A stretch of DNA of 64,000 bases from an uncultured bacterium (GTDB lineage: Bacteria > Bacillota_I > Bacilli_A > RFN20 > CAG-826), in contig CASFZJ010000004.1 in NCBI GenBank assembly GCA_949299165.1, positions 31,965-95,964 of the forward strand, written 5' to 3'. The notes below the pieces were generated by a model. The model made no database searches. It saw only the letters and a program-made list of their open reading frames with translations, and had not been told where the DNA came from. The position numbers and the translations under genes are program-made. Shown in pieces: positions 35,911-45,900 of the stretch (the stretch's first letter is position 1; every line of letters begins with the position of its first letter).

Positions 35911-38492
35911 TGAAAAAAACTTTTATAAAGTATATTTTTTCATCTATTAAAAACGATTTATCTCGTTTGATTGCAATTTTTGTAATTGTTGTTTTGGGAT
36001 TGGGATTTTTAATAGGTTTATCAAGCAGTTCACCTGATTTACAAGCAACCATGAATAATTATTGGAATCAATCCAACTTCATGGATGTTTATATTCAATC
36101 AACGATAGGATTTTCTGATTCAGATGTTGAATCTTTAAAAAATGAATTGAGTGGCGTTAGTGACATTGATGGCTATTATCAAATGGACCAACGGACATAC
36201 ATTAACGATAAAAAAAGCGAAACAAGATTAATCTATAGATCTTTTGGTGATAACGACATTGATAAACTTACTCTTGTTGAAGGAAAATTTCCTGAAAATG
36301 CTAACGAAGTATTGCTTTTAGACAATTCGTCGGAATCTGTTAGCCATGAATTAGGAACACAGATAAGATTTAATAATACCGATGGTACCGAAGAAGTTTA
36401 TGTTGTTTCAGGTTTAGTTAAAGATCCTTTTTACGTTTCAAGAACTGGAGACGTAACTACTATTGGTAGCGGAGTATTGGATGCGGTTGTTTATTTTGAT
36501 AAGTCTTTTTATGAACCAAAAGAAACCACAATTATTAAAATTAGATATAGCGGAGCAAGAAGGTATAACGCTTTCTCTGAGGATTACGATAAATATATAA
36601 ATAATAAAATTTCAGAAATAAATGAGATTAGCGCGCCTTTTATTGAAAATAGGGTACTCGAGATTAAAGAATTAATCAAAGAAGAAGCAAAACAACAAAT
36701 TATTGATTACTTCGAACAAAGTATTCAAGATAGCCAATTCAGTGAAGAAATTAAACAAGGATTGTTGCAAGCATTAGAACAATTTTTAGATACTCAAGAA
36801 TTTGATGTTTTAGTTTCACAACAGGTTGATCAAATCTTTAATGAACAATTTGGAGATGTAGATATGGTTTGGTATGTCTTATCTCGTGATCAAAACCAAA
36901 GCGCTTATATGTTTGAAATCGATTCGACTAAAGTTGACACAATCAGTGCTGTTTTCCCTGTATTTTTCTTCGTCATTGCATTACTTGTTTCGGTAACTAG
37001 TATTACAAGAATTATTAGTAAAGATCGTCCACAAATGGGTACTTTAAAATCTTTGGGTTATAGTAAAGGAATGATTTATACAAAGTATTTAGTCTATGGA
37101 CTTTTAACTACGATTTTGGGTTCTATTGTTGCAGTTGTTTTTGGCTTATTTGTACTCCCTACAATAATTGGAAGCGTTTATGGCACAATTTATGATTTGA
37201 TTGTACCAATGGTCTATGTTGGCGACCCAGCAATGATTGCAATTTATACCCTATCGATGATTGCTTTAATTTTAATAATTATTACACTCATTTCATTCGC
37301 CTCGTTGAGAGACAACGTCTCATCATTAATGATAGGTAAAGCTCCAATTCCTGGTAAAAAAATATGGCTTGAACATCTACCATTTATTTGGAAACACCTT
37401 AAATTTAATACAAAATCGATGTTGAGAAACGTTTTTAGATTTAAGAAAAATTTAATTATGATGCTTATTGGAATCGGCGGCTGTACTGGTTTACTTTTAA
37501 CAGCTTTTGGATTGAAAGATTCTTTAAGTGTTATTAATACAACACAGTTTACGGACATCATTAAATATGATTTTGTTGCGAAGTTAACTACCGAAGGAAT
37601 GGAAGGAGAAAATCCTTTCGATATTGGTGAAAGCAATAAAGTTTATAGTTATGATGGAACCGCCTTGGGAAGCAATGAAAATATAGATTTTACTCTTATT
37701 TCAACAAACAATTTACTAGAATATGTTGGACTCGATGATTCTGATTCTTTTGATGAAAACAGCTTTATTATAACTAAACAAATTGCAGATAAATTCGGCC
37801 TAAGTATTGGCGATAACATTGTAATTTCTCTTAATGATTTAAATAATTCATTAACTCAAATTGAAGTAACAGGCATAACTGAAAACTACATTGAAAACTA
37901 TGTTTATTGTGGTGAAAAAGTTGTGCAAACTTATTTCCCAACACTTGTACAAAATGGATACATTGTTAAAACTGACCTAAACGATCAAGAAGTTAATGAA
38001 TACATCGACAGACTTTTGGAAAACCCAAATATTATTAGTGTTGTTAATAGTCAGAACACTAAATTAATGTACGAAAGCGTTTTGAATAACTTAGATTCAA
38101 TAGTTGCTATTGTTGTTCTTTTAAGTGGTGCTTTGATTGCGGTTGTTATTTATAACCTGACTGATATTATGGTTTCAGAACGTATAAAAGAAATTGCGAC
38201 ACTTCGTGTTAATGGATATTATCGTTATGAATCTTTACTTTATATATTTAGAGAAATATTCTTTATGTCGGTAATTGGTGTTGCAATCGGCATTGGTGTT
38301 GGTGTTCTTTTACATAGATATATTATGGTTGGAATAGAATCGATTGGATTAACTTTTGGAATGTGGATTGCTTGGCCAAGTTATATTTATACCATATTAT
38401 TAGCGTTTGGATTTGTAGCTCTCGTTTGTATTTTGTTCTTCCCAAAAATTAATAAAATTAAAATGGCTGAAGCTTTAAAATCTGTAGAATAA
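35910..38492 (+). CDS. ABC transporter permease, duplicated FtsX-domain type
   Basis: About 860 aa with two FtsX modules (...MGTLKSLGYSKG... and ...KEIATLRVNGY...), each preceded by a large extracytoplasmic domain. The ATG overlaps the ATPase stop. Confidence 0.85.
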   Translation: MKKTFIKYIFSSIKNDLSRLIAIFVIVVLGLGFLIGLSSSSPDLQATMNNYWNQSNFMDVYIQSTIGFSDSDVESLKNELSGVSDIDGYYQMDQRTYINDKKSETRLIYRSFGDNDIDKLTLVEGKFPENANEVLLLDNSSESVSHELGTQIRFNNTDGTEEVYVVSGLVKDPFYVSRTGDVTTIGSGVLDAVVYFDKSFYEPKETTIIKIRYSGARRYNAFSEDYDKYINNKISEINEISAPFIENRVLEIKELIKEEAKQQIIDYFEQSIQDSQFSEEIKQGLLQALEQFLDTQEFDVLVSQQVDQIFNEQFGDVDMVWYVLSRDQNQSAYMFEIDSTKVDTISAVFPVFFFVIALLVSVTSITRIISKDRPQMGTLKSLGYSKGMIYTKYLVYGLLTTILGSIVAVVFGLFVLPTIIGSVYGTIYDLIVPMVYVGDPAMIAIYTLSMIALILIIITLISFASLRDNVSSLMIGKAPIPGKKIWLEHLPFIWKHLKFNTKSMLRNVFRFKKNLIMMLIGIGGCTGLLLTAFGLKDSLSVINTTQFTDIIKYDFVAKLTTEGMEGENPFDIGESNKVYSYDGTALGSNENIDFTLISTNNLLEYVGLDDSDSFDENSFIITKQIADKFGLSIGDNIVISLNDLNNSLTQIEVTGITENYIENYVYCGEKVVQTYFPTLVQNGYIVKTDLNDQEVNEYIDRLLENPNIISVVNSQNTKLMYESVLNNLDSIVAIVVLLSGALIAVVIYNLTDIMVSERIKEIATLRVNGYYRYESLLYIFREIFFMSVIGVAIGIGVGVLLHRYIMVGIESIGLTFGMWIAWPSYIYTILLAFGFVALVCILFFPKINKIKMAEALKSVE

Positions 38493-38500
38493 TTCAATTT

Positions 38501-38610
38501 TTGCGGGATTTTTTTAAAAAAATCCCATATTTTTTGCAAAAAGACTATGAATTTTAAAAATATATTGGAAAAATTAAAAAAACGCTATAAATTTTAATAA
38601 AATGCTCTTT
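38501..38610 (+). repeat. dispersed repeat family, locus 6 (with AT-rich palindromic hairpin)
   Basis: GGGATTTTTTTAAAAAAATCCC palindrome, then TTTTTGCAAAAAGACTATGAATTTTAAAAA (matches the GCAAAAAGACA..TTT..TAAAA tail at 20230-20254), then ATTGGAAAAATTAAAAAAACGC... Confidence 0.5.
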
Positions 38611-38685
38611 TTGATATTTTATAATAATGCTTAATTTTTTATTAAATATCTATTATAATCATTAATCGCGAAGGAGATTCTTATC

Positions 38686-39576
38686 ATGAACAAATTTTTA
38701 TTAAGTTGCTGTTCGACAAGTGATCTAGATATAAATCATTACAAAAAAAGAAATATCAAGTATCTTTGCTTTCACTATTTCCTAGATGGCGTAGAGCATA
38801 AAGATGATTTTGGCGAAACATTGCCGCTACCTGAATTCTATAAAAAAATGGAAGAAGGAGCGATGACAAAAACAAGTCAATTAAATGCACAAGATTACTT
38901 CAATTACTTTGAAAATTTAATTAATGATGGATACAAAGAAATTTTGCATTTAACTTTATCTAGCGGAATTAGCGGAACAATTAATAGTGCACGTTTAGCT
39001 GTTAATATGATTAACGAAAGATACCCAGAAGCAAAAATCTATATTGTTGACTCACTTGCAGCTAGTAGTGGATATGGGCTTTTAATGGATAAACTTGCTG
39101 ATTTAAGAGACGAAGGGAAAAGTATTGAAGAAGTAAAAGAATGGGTAGAAAAGAATAGACTAACTATTAATCATTGGTTCTTCTCAACCGACTTAAAATA
39201 TTTTGTTAGAGGCGGAAGAATCTCAAAAACAAGTGGATTCTTTGGCAATATGTTACATGTTTGCCCTTTACTTAATGTTAACGATGAAGGAAAACTTATT
39301 CCTAGAGAAAAGATTATTGGTAAGAAAAAAGTAATTAACGCTATCGTTCAAAAAATGGTCGAAAACGCAGTAAATGGAACAGACTATGATGATTACTGTT
39401 ACATTTCACATAGTGCAGTTTATGAAGATGCTAAAGCAGTAAAAGATAAAATCGAAGAAAAATTCCCTAAACTTGTTGGAAAAGTTGAGATATTCAACAT
39501 CGGCACAACAATCGGATCACACACTGGTCCAGGAACTGTTGCACTATTCTTTGTTGGCAAAGAACGTAAAGATTAA
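38686..39576 (+). CDS. DegV-family fatty-acid-binding protein (second paralog)
   Basis: 296 aa with DegV pattern (...SCCSTSDL..., ...GTTIGSHTGPGTVALFF). RBS AAGGAG. Confidence 0.85.
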   Translation: MNKFLLSCCSTSDLDINHYKKRNIKYLCFHYFLDGVEHKDDFGETLPLPEFYKKMEEGAMTKTSQLNAQDYFNYFENLINDGYKEILHLTLSSGISGTINSARLAVNMINERYPEAKIYIVDSLAASSGYGLLMDKLADLRDEGKSIEEVKEWVEKNRLTINHWFFSTDLKYFVRGGRISKTSGFFGNMLHVCPLLNVNDEGKLIPREKIIGKKKVINAIVQKMVENAVNGTDYDDYCYISHSAVYEDAKAVKDKIEEKFPKLVGKVEIFNIGTTIGSHTGPGTVALFFVGKERKD

Positions 39577-39621
39577 TTAAAAAAGGCTGTAAAATCGTAA
39601 AAATCGAAAGTAACAGCTTTT

Positions 39622-40845
39622 TTATATTGCGTAATTTTTAATTTTTCTTTGAAGAAAATAAATTATATTAATAGAGAATACATAGTTCATAATTTTATTG
39701 AAGTCTTTAAAATCAATATTGAATAATTCTTTGATTTTTTCTAGACGATAAGTAATTGTGTTTTTATGAAGATAAAGCTTTTTTGCTGACTCACTAAGTG
39801 ATTTATTTGTAACCAGATAAACATAAATAGTATCTATAAAAGAAGTTTTGTTCGCTTCATCATAAAGGAAAATTTTATAGATTTCTTCATTAACGAAGTT
39901 AATTAATTCTTCTTTTTTATGATTGATTAAAGGCAAAAGAGAGATATAGCTTTCTGTATTATAAAGGATATATTCACCAATCGACTTTTCTAAAAGCATA
40001 AACAATTTAAATTCTTCCTCGAAAATGTTATTCAAAGAAAACAAATCAATTATTCGGTTTGATCTAATCATATAAAATCTCATTTTGAATAAGAAATCAT
40101 TAATCTTACCGATTGTTTCTTTTTCCAATTTGTTGTTAATCAACACAACATAATCGCCGTTATGATATGTTGTTGCGACAACACAGTTATGAAGTACAGA
40201 TTTTAGAAAATTTTCGGTTTCAGATTTGGTTTTTTCGTTGAATTGCTCATTAAAATCTAAAATAAGAAGATAAAAAGATTTTCTTAAATCGATTTTTAAC
40301 TCTTTTGATTTTTGAATAAAAATTGTTTTATCGGTAAATGTTTTATTTAAAATAGAAGACAAAAATGAATTCAAATTATCGTTTGTTTTTGCAAAATTTT
40401 GATCCGAAAGATATTTGTTTACTAATTTAGATAAAATTTTCACAAAATCAATTGTCAATTTTTCTAATTTAGTTTCTACCTCTAAAATTATCAAAAAACC
40501 TGCAAAACCTCCATTTTCGTTTTTTATATTTGCAATTAATCTTCGGTTAGATGATAAGGTAGTGATGATTTCGAAATCTTCATCAACCTTTAAAGATTCT
40601 CTAATTTTTTTGTAAGTCTGATAGTTTACATAACCCATTCTTATTGATTCATTCCAGGTTTCGTCTTCAAAAAGAAAGGGAGAATGATACGCTACAAGTT
40701 GAAAATCGTTGTTAATTATGGCGATAGGATTACCAATCAAAGAATAGATGCCAGCAATAATATCATTAAGGTTTTTGGCTTTTATGAATATTTTAAACAT
40801 TTCTTCATATATGTTAGTAGTAATTGGTTTCTCAGCACAGTTCAT
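39622..40845 (-). CDS. PucR/CdaR-family transcriptional regulator
   Basis: 407 aa. C-terminal PucR-type HTH ...SLSESAKKLYLHKNTITYRLEKIKELF... Divergent from the gldA-like operon. Confidence 0.75.
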   Translation of the reverse strand: MNCAEKPITTNIYEEMFKIFIKAKNLNDIIAGIYSLIGNPIAIINNDFQLVAYHSPFLFEDETWNESIRMGYVNYQTYKKIRESLKVDEDFEIITTLSSNRRLIANIKNENGGFAGFLIILEVETKLEKLTIDFVKILSKLVNKYLSDQNFAKTNDNLNSFLSSILNKTFTDKTIFIQKSKELKIDLRKSFYLLILDFNEQFNEKTKSETENFLKSVLHNCVVATTYHNGDYVVLINNKLEKETIGKINDFLFKMRFYMIRSNRIIDLFSLNNIFEEEFKLFMLLEKSIGEYILYNTESYISLLPLINHKKEELINFVNEEIYKIFLYDEANKTSFIDTIYVYLVTNKSLSESAKKLYLHKNTITYRLEKIKELFNIDFKDFNKIMNYVFSINIIYFLQRKIKNYAI

Positions 40846-40930
40846 GAATTAAATATTATCTTTTGGTCACATTGTTTTCAAGTTTAATAATCTTAAAATT
40901 TTGTTGCTAATGGATAGCGGAGGGAAATTT

Positions 40931-42031
40931 ATGAAAGATTTATTACTCATGAGAGCTCCACTCAAATATATTCAAGGAGAAGGCGCGCTCGAACATTTTT
41001 ATGAGAATTGTAAAGATTTTGGAAAGAGATTTCTTTTTGTTTGCTCTCATAGTGGGTATGAACAAACTAAAGATTCAATCGAAAAATCATTCGGAGAAAG
41101 TAAAACTTTTAGAAGATATGAAGTTTTTGGTGGGATTTCTTCGGTTGGTGAAATCGAAAAAATGAGAAAAATCGTTAAAGAAGACAAAATTAATGTTGTT
41201 GTTGGAGTAGGTGGCGGAAGTGCAATTGATACTGCAAAAGCTACTGCTTATTATGAAGGAAAAAGAATTGCAATTATTCCAACAGTTTGCGCAACAGATG
41301 CACCATGTACAGGATTAAGCGTCATTTATAATGATGATCATTCATTTAATTCTTATTTATTTTATCCAAATAACCCAGATTTTGTCTTAGTTGATAGCAG
41401 AATAATCGCTAATGCACCTGCAAAATTCTTAGTTGCTGGAATGGGCGATGCTTTAGGTACATATTTTGAAGCAAGAGCATGTTATAAAACACATTCTTTG
41501 TCACTTGAAAATGGCGGAATTACACTTTCTTCAATGGCTCTTTGTAAACTTTGCTATGAAACATTATTAAAAGATGGTGCTAAAGCATTAGAAGCAGTTG
41601 AAAATCATTTAGTTACACCACAAGTTGATTCAATCATTGAAGCAAATACTTATTTAAGTGGCGTTGGAGCCGATAATGGTGGTTTATGTGTTTCACACTC
41701 TTTCTATAATGGCGTTACATCCTTAAATAAAAAGACAGCAATGCATGGAAATTGTGTTGCTTATGGAACACTTGTTCAACTTTTGTTAGAAGACGCAAGC
41801 GTTGAAGAATATAACCAAGTTAGAGATTTTATGGTTTCGGTTGGTTTACCAATTACATTAAAAGAAATTGGTTGTGACAAAAACGATGTTCATCAAATTG
41901 CTGTTGCAAGTTGTGCAAAAGGCGAATCCATCCATAATTTAAGTGGCGATGTCAGAGTTAAAGAACTTGAGGATGCAATCCTTTTACAAAATAATCTTGG
42001 AGAAAAATATTTAAAAGAACACAATCTTTAA
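40931..42031 (+). CDS. gldA: glycerol dehydrogenase-family (Fe/Zn-ADH group III) oxidoreductase
   Basis: Close motif-by-motif resemblance to GldA: ...KYIQGEGAL..., GVGGGSAIDTAKA, ATDAPCTGLSVIY, AGMGDALGTYFEARAC. Start at ATG 40931 (GGAGGG upstream). Confidence 0.85.
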   Translation: MKDLLLMRAPLKYIQGEGALEHFYENCKDFGKRFLFVCSHSGYEQTKDSIEKSFGESKTFRRYEVFGGISSVGEIEKMRKIVKEDKINVVVGVGGGSAIDTAKATAYYEGKRIAIIPTVCATDAPCTGLSVIYNDDHSFNSYLFYPNNPDFVLVDSRIIANAPAKFLVAGMGDALGTYFEARACYKTHSLSLENGGITLSSMALCKLCYETLLKDGAKALEAVENHLVTPQVDSIIEANTYLSGVGADNGGLCVSHSFYNGVTSLNKKTAMHGNCVAYGTLVQLLLEDASVEEYNQVRDFMVSVGLPITLKEIGCDKNDVHQIAVASCAKGESIHNLSGDVRVKELEDAILLQNNLGEKYLKEHNL

Positions 42032-42041
42032 GGTTTAATTT

Positions 42042-43286
42042 ATGGCAAACGTTGAAAAGAAAGAAAAAAAGCCATTTAAAGGCGTAAAAATATGGGATTT
42101 TTTAAATAAAATCCCTGCTGGAACTATGTTTGTTCCACTTGTAATTAGTGCAATTATTACTACAATTTGTATTCATTGTGGTCTAGGAGTTTCTTTGTGG
42201 GAATATTTAGGAAACCCTATGAAAGATTTGTTCGGATCAACAGGACAAATGCTTCTTATTGGTTTAATGTTATTTTGCACAGGGACCACAATTACTGGAA
42301 GAGATTTTATAGAAGTTGGAAAAAGAGGAATTTGGATTATATTAGCCAGACTTATTCCTGCTTATGTAATTTGCGCAATTGTGTTTGTTTGTTGCGGAGT
42401 TAATGGTTTTGCTGGAATTGATTCAATTACACTTGTTTGCTGTTTAACTTCAGCAAATGCTGCACTATATATGGGTATTATTCAACCATATGGTGACGAT
42501 TCCGATAAGGGAACATTTCCAATTATGCTTATTTTCTCAATGCCATTAGTTCCTTTTATTTTCTTGAGTTGCATGGGTAGTGGAAATAGTGATATCACAA
42601 CAAGTATTTTACAAATTATCTCACTTTTGATTCCTTTCCTTCTCGGTGTTTTACTTGGTAATTTGGATCACAAGATTAGAAATGTATTCAAAGGCGGAAA
42701 TGCAATAATTCTTCCTTTCTTGGGTTTCCAATTTGGTTCTACAATTGATCTAGTTAATGCATTTCAAGGTGAAGTTATTCTTGCAGCTTTATTATTAACT
42801 GTGATTTATTGGGCAGTTACAATGATTCTTCCTTATCTTGTAGATAGATTTATTCTTAAAAGACCAGGCTATGCATCGGTCGCTTCTTGTTCCCTAGCTG
42901 GAGTTGCATTATCTATTCCAGCAATGGTTGCTACTTATACATTTAACGGCGTAAGTGGTGCAGAAGCTGCAAAAAATGCAACAGCAATTCTTGCCTTTGT
43001 TCTCTTTATTACTAACATTCTTGCTCCATTTTTCACTAAATGGACTATGAATGCTTATTTTAAACACAACCACGATGATGCTGTTAGGGTTTTTGAAAGA
43101 TCACACCCAGAACTTTTGAATGCGGTATATGATGAAAACGGAAATTATCGTACACATCATCACAATCACGATTTTTACAAAAAGATTTTTCATATAAAAT
43201 CACATAAAAACCCTGCAAATCCTGAACAAAATAATGAAAATTTAAATGCTCAATCAAATAACGACGAAAGTAATGCAGATAAATAA
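42042..43286 (+). CDS. KdgT-family (2-keto-3-deoxygluconate permease-like) transporter with His-rich C-terminal tail
   Basis: 414 aa. ...KIPAGTMFVPLVISAII... N-terminus and ...LGNLDHKIRNVFKGGNAIILPFLGFQFG... match the KdgT pattern. Tail ...YRTHHHNHDFYKKIFHIKSHKN... Confidence 0.65.
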   Translation: MANVEKKEKKPFKGVKIWDFLNKIPAGTMFVPLVISAIITTICIHCGLGVSLWEYLGNPMKDLFGSTGQMLLIGLMLFCTGTTITGRDFIEVGKRGIWIILARLIPAYVICAIVFVCCGVNGFAGIDSITLVCCLTSANAALYMGIIQPYGDDSDKGTFPIMLIFSMPLVPFIFLSCMGSGNSDITTSILQIISLLIPFLLGVLLGNLDHKIRNVFKGGNAIILPFLGFQFGSTIDLVNAFQGEVILAALLLTVIYWAVTMILPYLVDRFILKRPGYASVASCSLAGVALSIPAMVATYTFNGVSGAEAAKNATAILAFVLFITNILAPFFTKWTMNAYFKHNHDDAVRVFERSHPELLNAVYDENGNYRTHHHNHDFYKKIFHIKSHKNPANPEQNNENLNAQSNNDESNADK

Positions 43287-43303
43287 AATGGAGGTTTATT
43301 GAT

Positions 43304-44020
43304 ATGAAAGAAAATAAATTATTTCAAGTTTCAACTTTAAACGCTTTAATGATGGGCGATTATGAAGGAAGCGTAAAAGTTAAAGATTTTTTAAAACACG
43401 TTGATACTGGTATAGGTACTTTTGATGGCCTTGATGGTGAAGCAATTATTTTTAATGGAAAAGCTTATAATGGTAGAGCAACTGGTGAAGTTTCTGAAAT
43501 GAAACATGATGATTCTTTTCCTTTTGCTTGTGCATGTAAATTTGATGAAAAAGTTCCAGAAAATGAAATAAGCTTTGATTCGATTGAAGATTTTAAGAGT
43601 AAATTTGAATCTCTTTTACCTTCAAAAAATTATTTCTACATTATTAAAATGGAAGGTAAATTTAATGTAAGAGTTAGAAGTTGTTTTAAACAAGAAAAAC
43701 CATACGAACCACTCTACAAAGTTGCATGCGATCAAAGAGAATTTGAATATCATGATATAGATGGTTATGTAATTGGTTTATATTGTCCTAATTATGTAGA
43801 AGGTATGAATTTACCAGGTTGGCATATCCACTTTTTGTCTAAAGATTTAACAAAAGGCGGACATATCTTAAAGGTTAATTCTGCTAAAGCAAGTTATAAA
43901 ATCAATAAACTTGATGAATGGAGACTTGTTTTACCTAATGATAAAGACTTCGCTTCTTGGAATTTAAAAGAAGATTTAAAAGAAAAGACAGAAGCCGTTG
44001 AAGGTTCTTCTAAAAAATAA
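43304..44020 (+). CDS. alsD: alpha-acetolactate decarboxylase
   Basis: 238 aa. ...LFQVSTLNALMMGDYEG...GIGTFDGLDGEAII... and ...PGWHIHFLSKDLTKGGHIL... (His ligands). RBS GGAGG. Confidence 0.85.
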   Translation: MKENKLFQVSTLNALMMGDYEGSVKVKDFLKHVDTGIGTFDGLDGEAIIFNGKAYNGRATGEVSEMKHDDSFPFACACKFDEKVPENEISFDSIEDFKSKFESLLPSKNYFYIIKMEGKFNVRVRSCFKQEKPYEPLYKVACDQREFEYHDIDGYVIGLYCPNYVEGMNLPGWHIHFLSKDLTKGGHILKVNSAKASYKINKLDEWRLVLPNDKDFASWNLKEDLKEKTEAVEGSSKK

Positions 44021-44047
44021 TATTTCCTTACTTACTATAAATTTAAA

Positions 44048-44100
44048 AAGAGTTGTTTATATTCGCGCCGACTTTAGAAATAAGCAACTCTTTTTCTTTT
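44048..44100 (+). terminator. long-stem terminator after alsD
   Basis: AAGAGTTGTTTAT (44048-44060) pairs with ATAAGCAACTCTT (44080-44092), with one G:U. Followed by TTTTTCTTTT. Confidence 0.75.
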
Positions 44101-44160
44101 CTAAATATTTCCAGAGATTTTATAATTTACATTCTGAATAAAATTAATAAAATAAGATAC

Positions 44161-45339
44161 ATGGTTACATTTTTAAGAAAATTATTTATAAAAAATTATC
44201 AAAATGTTGAAGATGAAAAAGTTAGAGAAAAACATGGCGTTTTAGCTTCAATTACTGGGATTGTTATTAACACAATTTTGTTTGTGATAAAACTTTTGAT
44301 TGGTATTTTCACGGCGTCTATATCAATTATTTCGGATGCATTAAACAATATGACTGATTTTGGAAGTAGCATAGTTAGTCTTTTAGGTTTTAAACTTGCT
44401 GGAAAAGACGCGGACAAAGAACATCCTTATGGACATCAAAGAATTGAATATATAACCGGGATGATTACTTCTTTTATTATTATCTTGGTTGCGGGACTTT
44501 TAATTTATAACTCGATTTTAACGCTTGTTAATCAAGATTCATCAACAAGCTATTCAATTTGGGCTTTTGTGATTTTAGGAATTTCTATTCTTCTAAAACT
44601 AGTTTTAGGTTTTATCTATAGTGGTTTAGGAAAAGCGATTAATTCGGTAGCATTAAAAGCCAATCGTCAAGATTCATTTAATGATGCAATTTCAACAACG
44701 ATTGTTTTAATTGCATCATTTATTCAATATTTCTTCGTTGATTTATGGTGGTTAGATAGTTCGGTTTCTCTCCTTGTTGCTTTATTTATTCTTTATAGTG
44801 GAATAAAAATGGTAAAAGAAACAGCTTCACCTTTAATTGGAGAAGTGCCAGACCTTAATCTTATTCAAACAATAGTAAAAGATATCAAAAGTTATGATGG
44901 TGTTTTAGATGTACATGATGTGATGTTTCATTCTTATGGTCCTACTAAAACTTTTATGATGTGTCATGTTGAGGTTGATGGCTATAAAGATATGTTTAAA
45001 TCTCACGATTTAATTGATAACATCGAAAAAGAAATCTCAAACAAATATAAAATTCTTTTAACAATTCATATGGATCCCGTTGATACTAAGTCAGAAGAAA
45101 TACCAAAATTACACGAAATTATTTCAAAAACCCTGCAAAATCTCGATAAAAATTTAAATTTTCATGATTTAAGAGTTGTTACAGGACCAACTCATACTAA
45201 TGTAATTTTTGATGTTGCAATACCAATCGGAGTAAAAGAAAACAAACTTACTATTTCAAAAACACTTCGAGATGAAATTTATAAATACGATTCAAAATAT
45301 ATTTTAGTGATTAATTTTGATGACAATTACATAGATTAG
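44161..45339 (+). CDS. cation diffusion facilitator (CDF) family metal exporter
   Basis: ...SIISDALNNMTDFGSS...HPYGHQRIEYITG... and a C-terminal cytoplasmic domain. Start at ATG 44161, because the ORF-track N-terminus runs through the alsD terminator. Confidence 0.85.
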   Translation: MVTFLRKLFIKNYQNVEDEKVREKHGVLASITGIVINTILFVIKLLIGIFTASISIISDALNNMTDFGSSIVSLLGFKLAGKDADKEHPYGHQRIEYITGMITSFIIILVAGLLIYNSILTLVNQDSSTSYSIWAFVILGISILLKLVLGFIYSGLGKAINSVALKANRQDSFNDAISTTIVLIASFIQYFFVDLWWLDSSVSLLVALFILYSGIKMVKETASPLIGEVPDLNLIQTIVKDIKSYDGVLDVHDVMFHSYGPTKTFMMCHVEVDGYKDMFKSHDLIDNIEKEISNKYKILLTIHMDPVDTKSEEIPKLHEIISKTLQNLDKNLNFHDLRVVTGPTHTNVIFDVAIPIGVKENKLTISKTLRDEIYKYDSKYILVINFDDNYID

Positions 45340-45362
45340 GTAAAAATTTTTTACAGTTTTAT

Positions 45363-45390
45363 TTGACACCATAAAACTTAGTTTTATAAT
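45363..45390 (+). promoter_or_regulatory. near-consensus sigma-A promoter of the feo operon
   Basis: TTGACA (45363-45368), 16-nt spacer, TATAAT (45385-45390). Confidence 0.7.
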
Positions 45391-45397
45391 ATTTTTG

Positions 45398-45415
45398 AGT
45401 TAGGTGTAACTAACT
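45398..45415. promoter_or_regulatory. inverted-repeat operator between the -10 and RBS of feoA (DtxR/IdeR iron-box-like)
   Basis: AGTTAG-GTGTAA-CTAACT. The overlapping 19-mer TTAGGTGTAACTAACTTAG (45400-45418) matches 13/19 positions of the IdeR/DtxR consensus TTAGGTTAGCCTAACCTAA. Confidence 0.5.
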
Positions 45416-45427
45416 TAGGAGATTTTT

Positions 45428-45640
45428 ATGCCGATATTTATTGCCCCACATAACGTTGATCTAAAAGTTCTTAAGGTTATGGTTGATGAAACTACCAAAA
45501 AACATTTAGAAAATTTAGGAATTACGATTGGAAGCAAAGTCCAAGTTCTTTCTAGTGAAAGTGGAAGTGTTATTTTGCTTGTAAAAAACGGCAGATTAGC
45601 TTTAGACAGAAATATTGCTATGAAAATCTTAGTTGCATAA
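45428..45640 (+). CDS. feoA: FeoA-domain protein
   Basis: 70 aa, SH3-like FeoA pattern (...LENLGITIGSKVQVL...GSVILLVKNGRLALDRNIA...). Confidence 0.85.
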   Translation: MPIFIAPHNVDLKVLKVMVDETTKKHLENLGITIGSKVQVLSSESGSVILLVKNGRLALDRNIAMKILVA

Positions 45641-45660
45641 TAGAAAGGTAGGAAAAATTT

Positions 45661-45900
45661 GTGCAAAAGAAATTAAGTACCTTCGAAATCGGCGAGACTG
45701 GCCGAGTCCTTAAAGTAGAAGGTGAAGGAAGGGTTAGAAGAAGACTGTTCGACATGGGTATCACTCCAGGTGCCGAAATTTTTCTCCGTAAAAAAGCACC
45801 TCTTGGAGATCCGCTAGAAGTATCGATAAGAGGCTATGAATTAACTCTTAGAAAAGACGAAGCAGTCTTAGTAGTTATGGAAGTGGGGGATAAACAATGA
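45661..45900 (+). CDS. feoA: FeoA-domain protein (second copy)
   Basis: 79 aa, GTG start. ...RRRLFDMGITPGAEIFLRKKAPLGDPLEVSIRGYELTLRKDEA... Confidence 0.85.
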   Translation: MQKKLSTFEIGETGRVLKVEGEGRVRRRLFDMGITPGAEIFLRKKAPLGDPLEVSIRGYELTLRKDEAVLVVMEVGDKQ

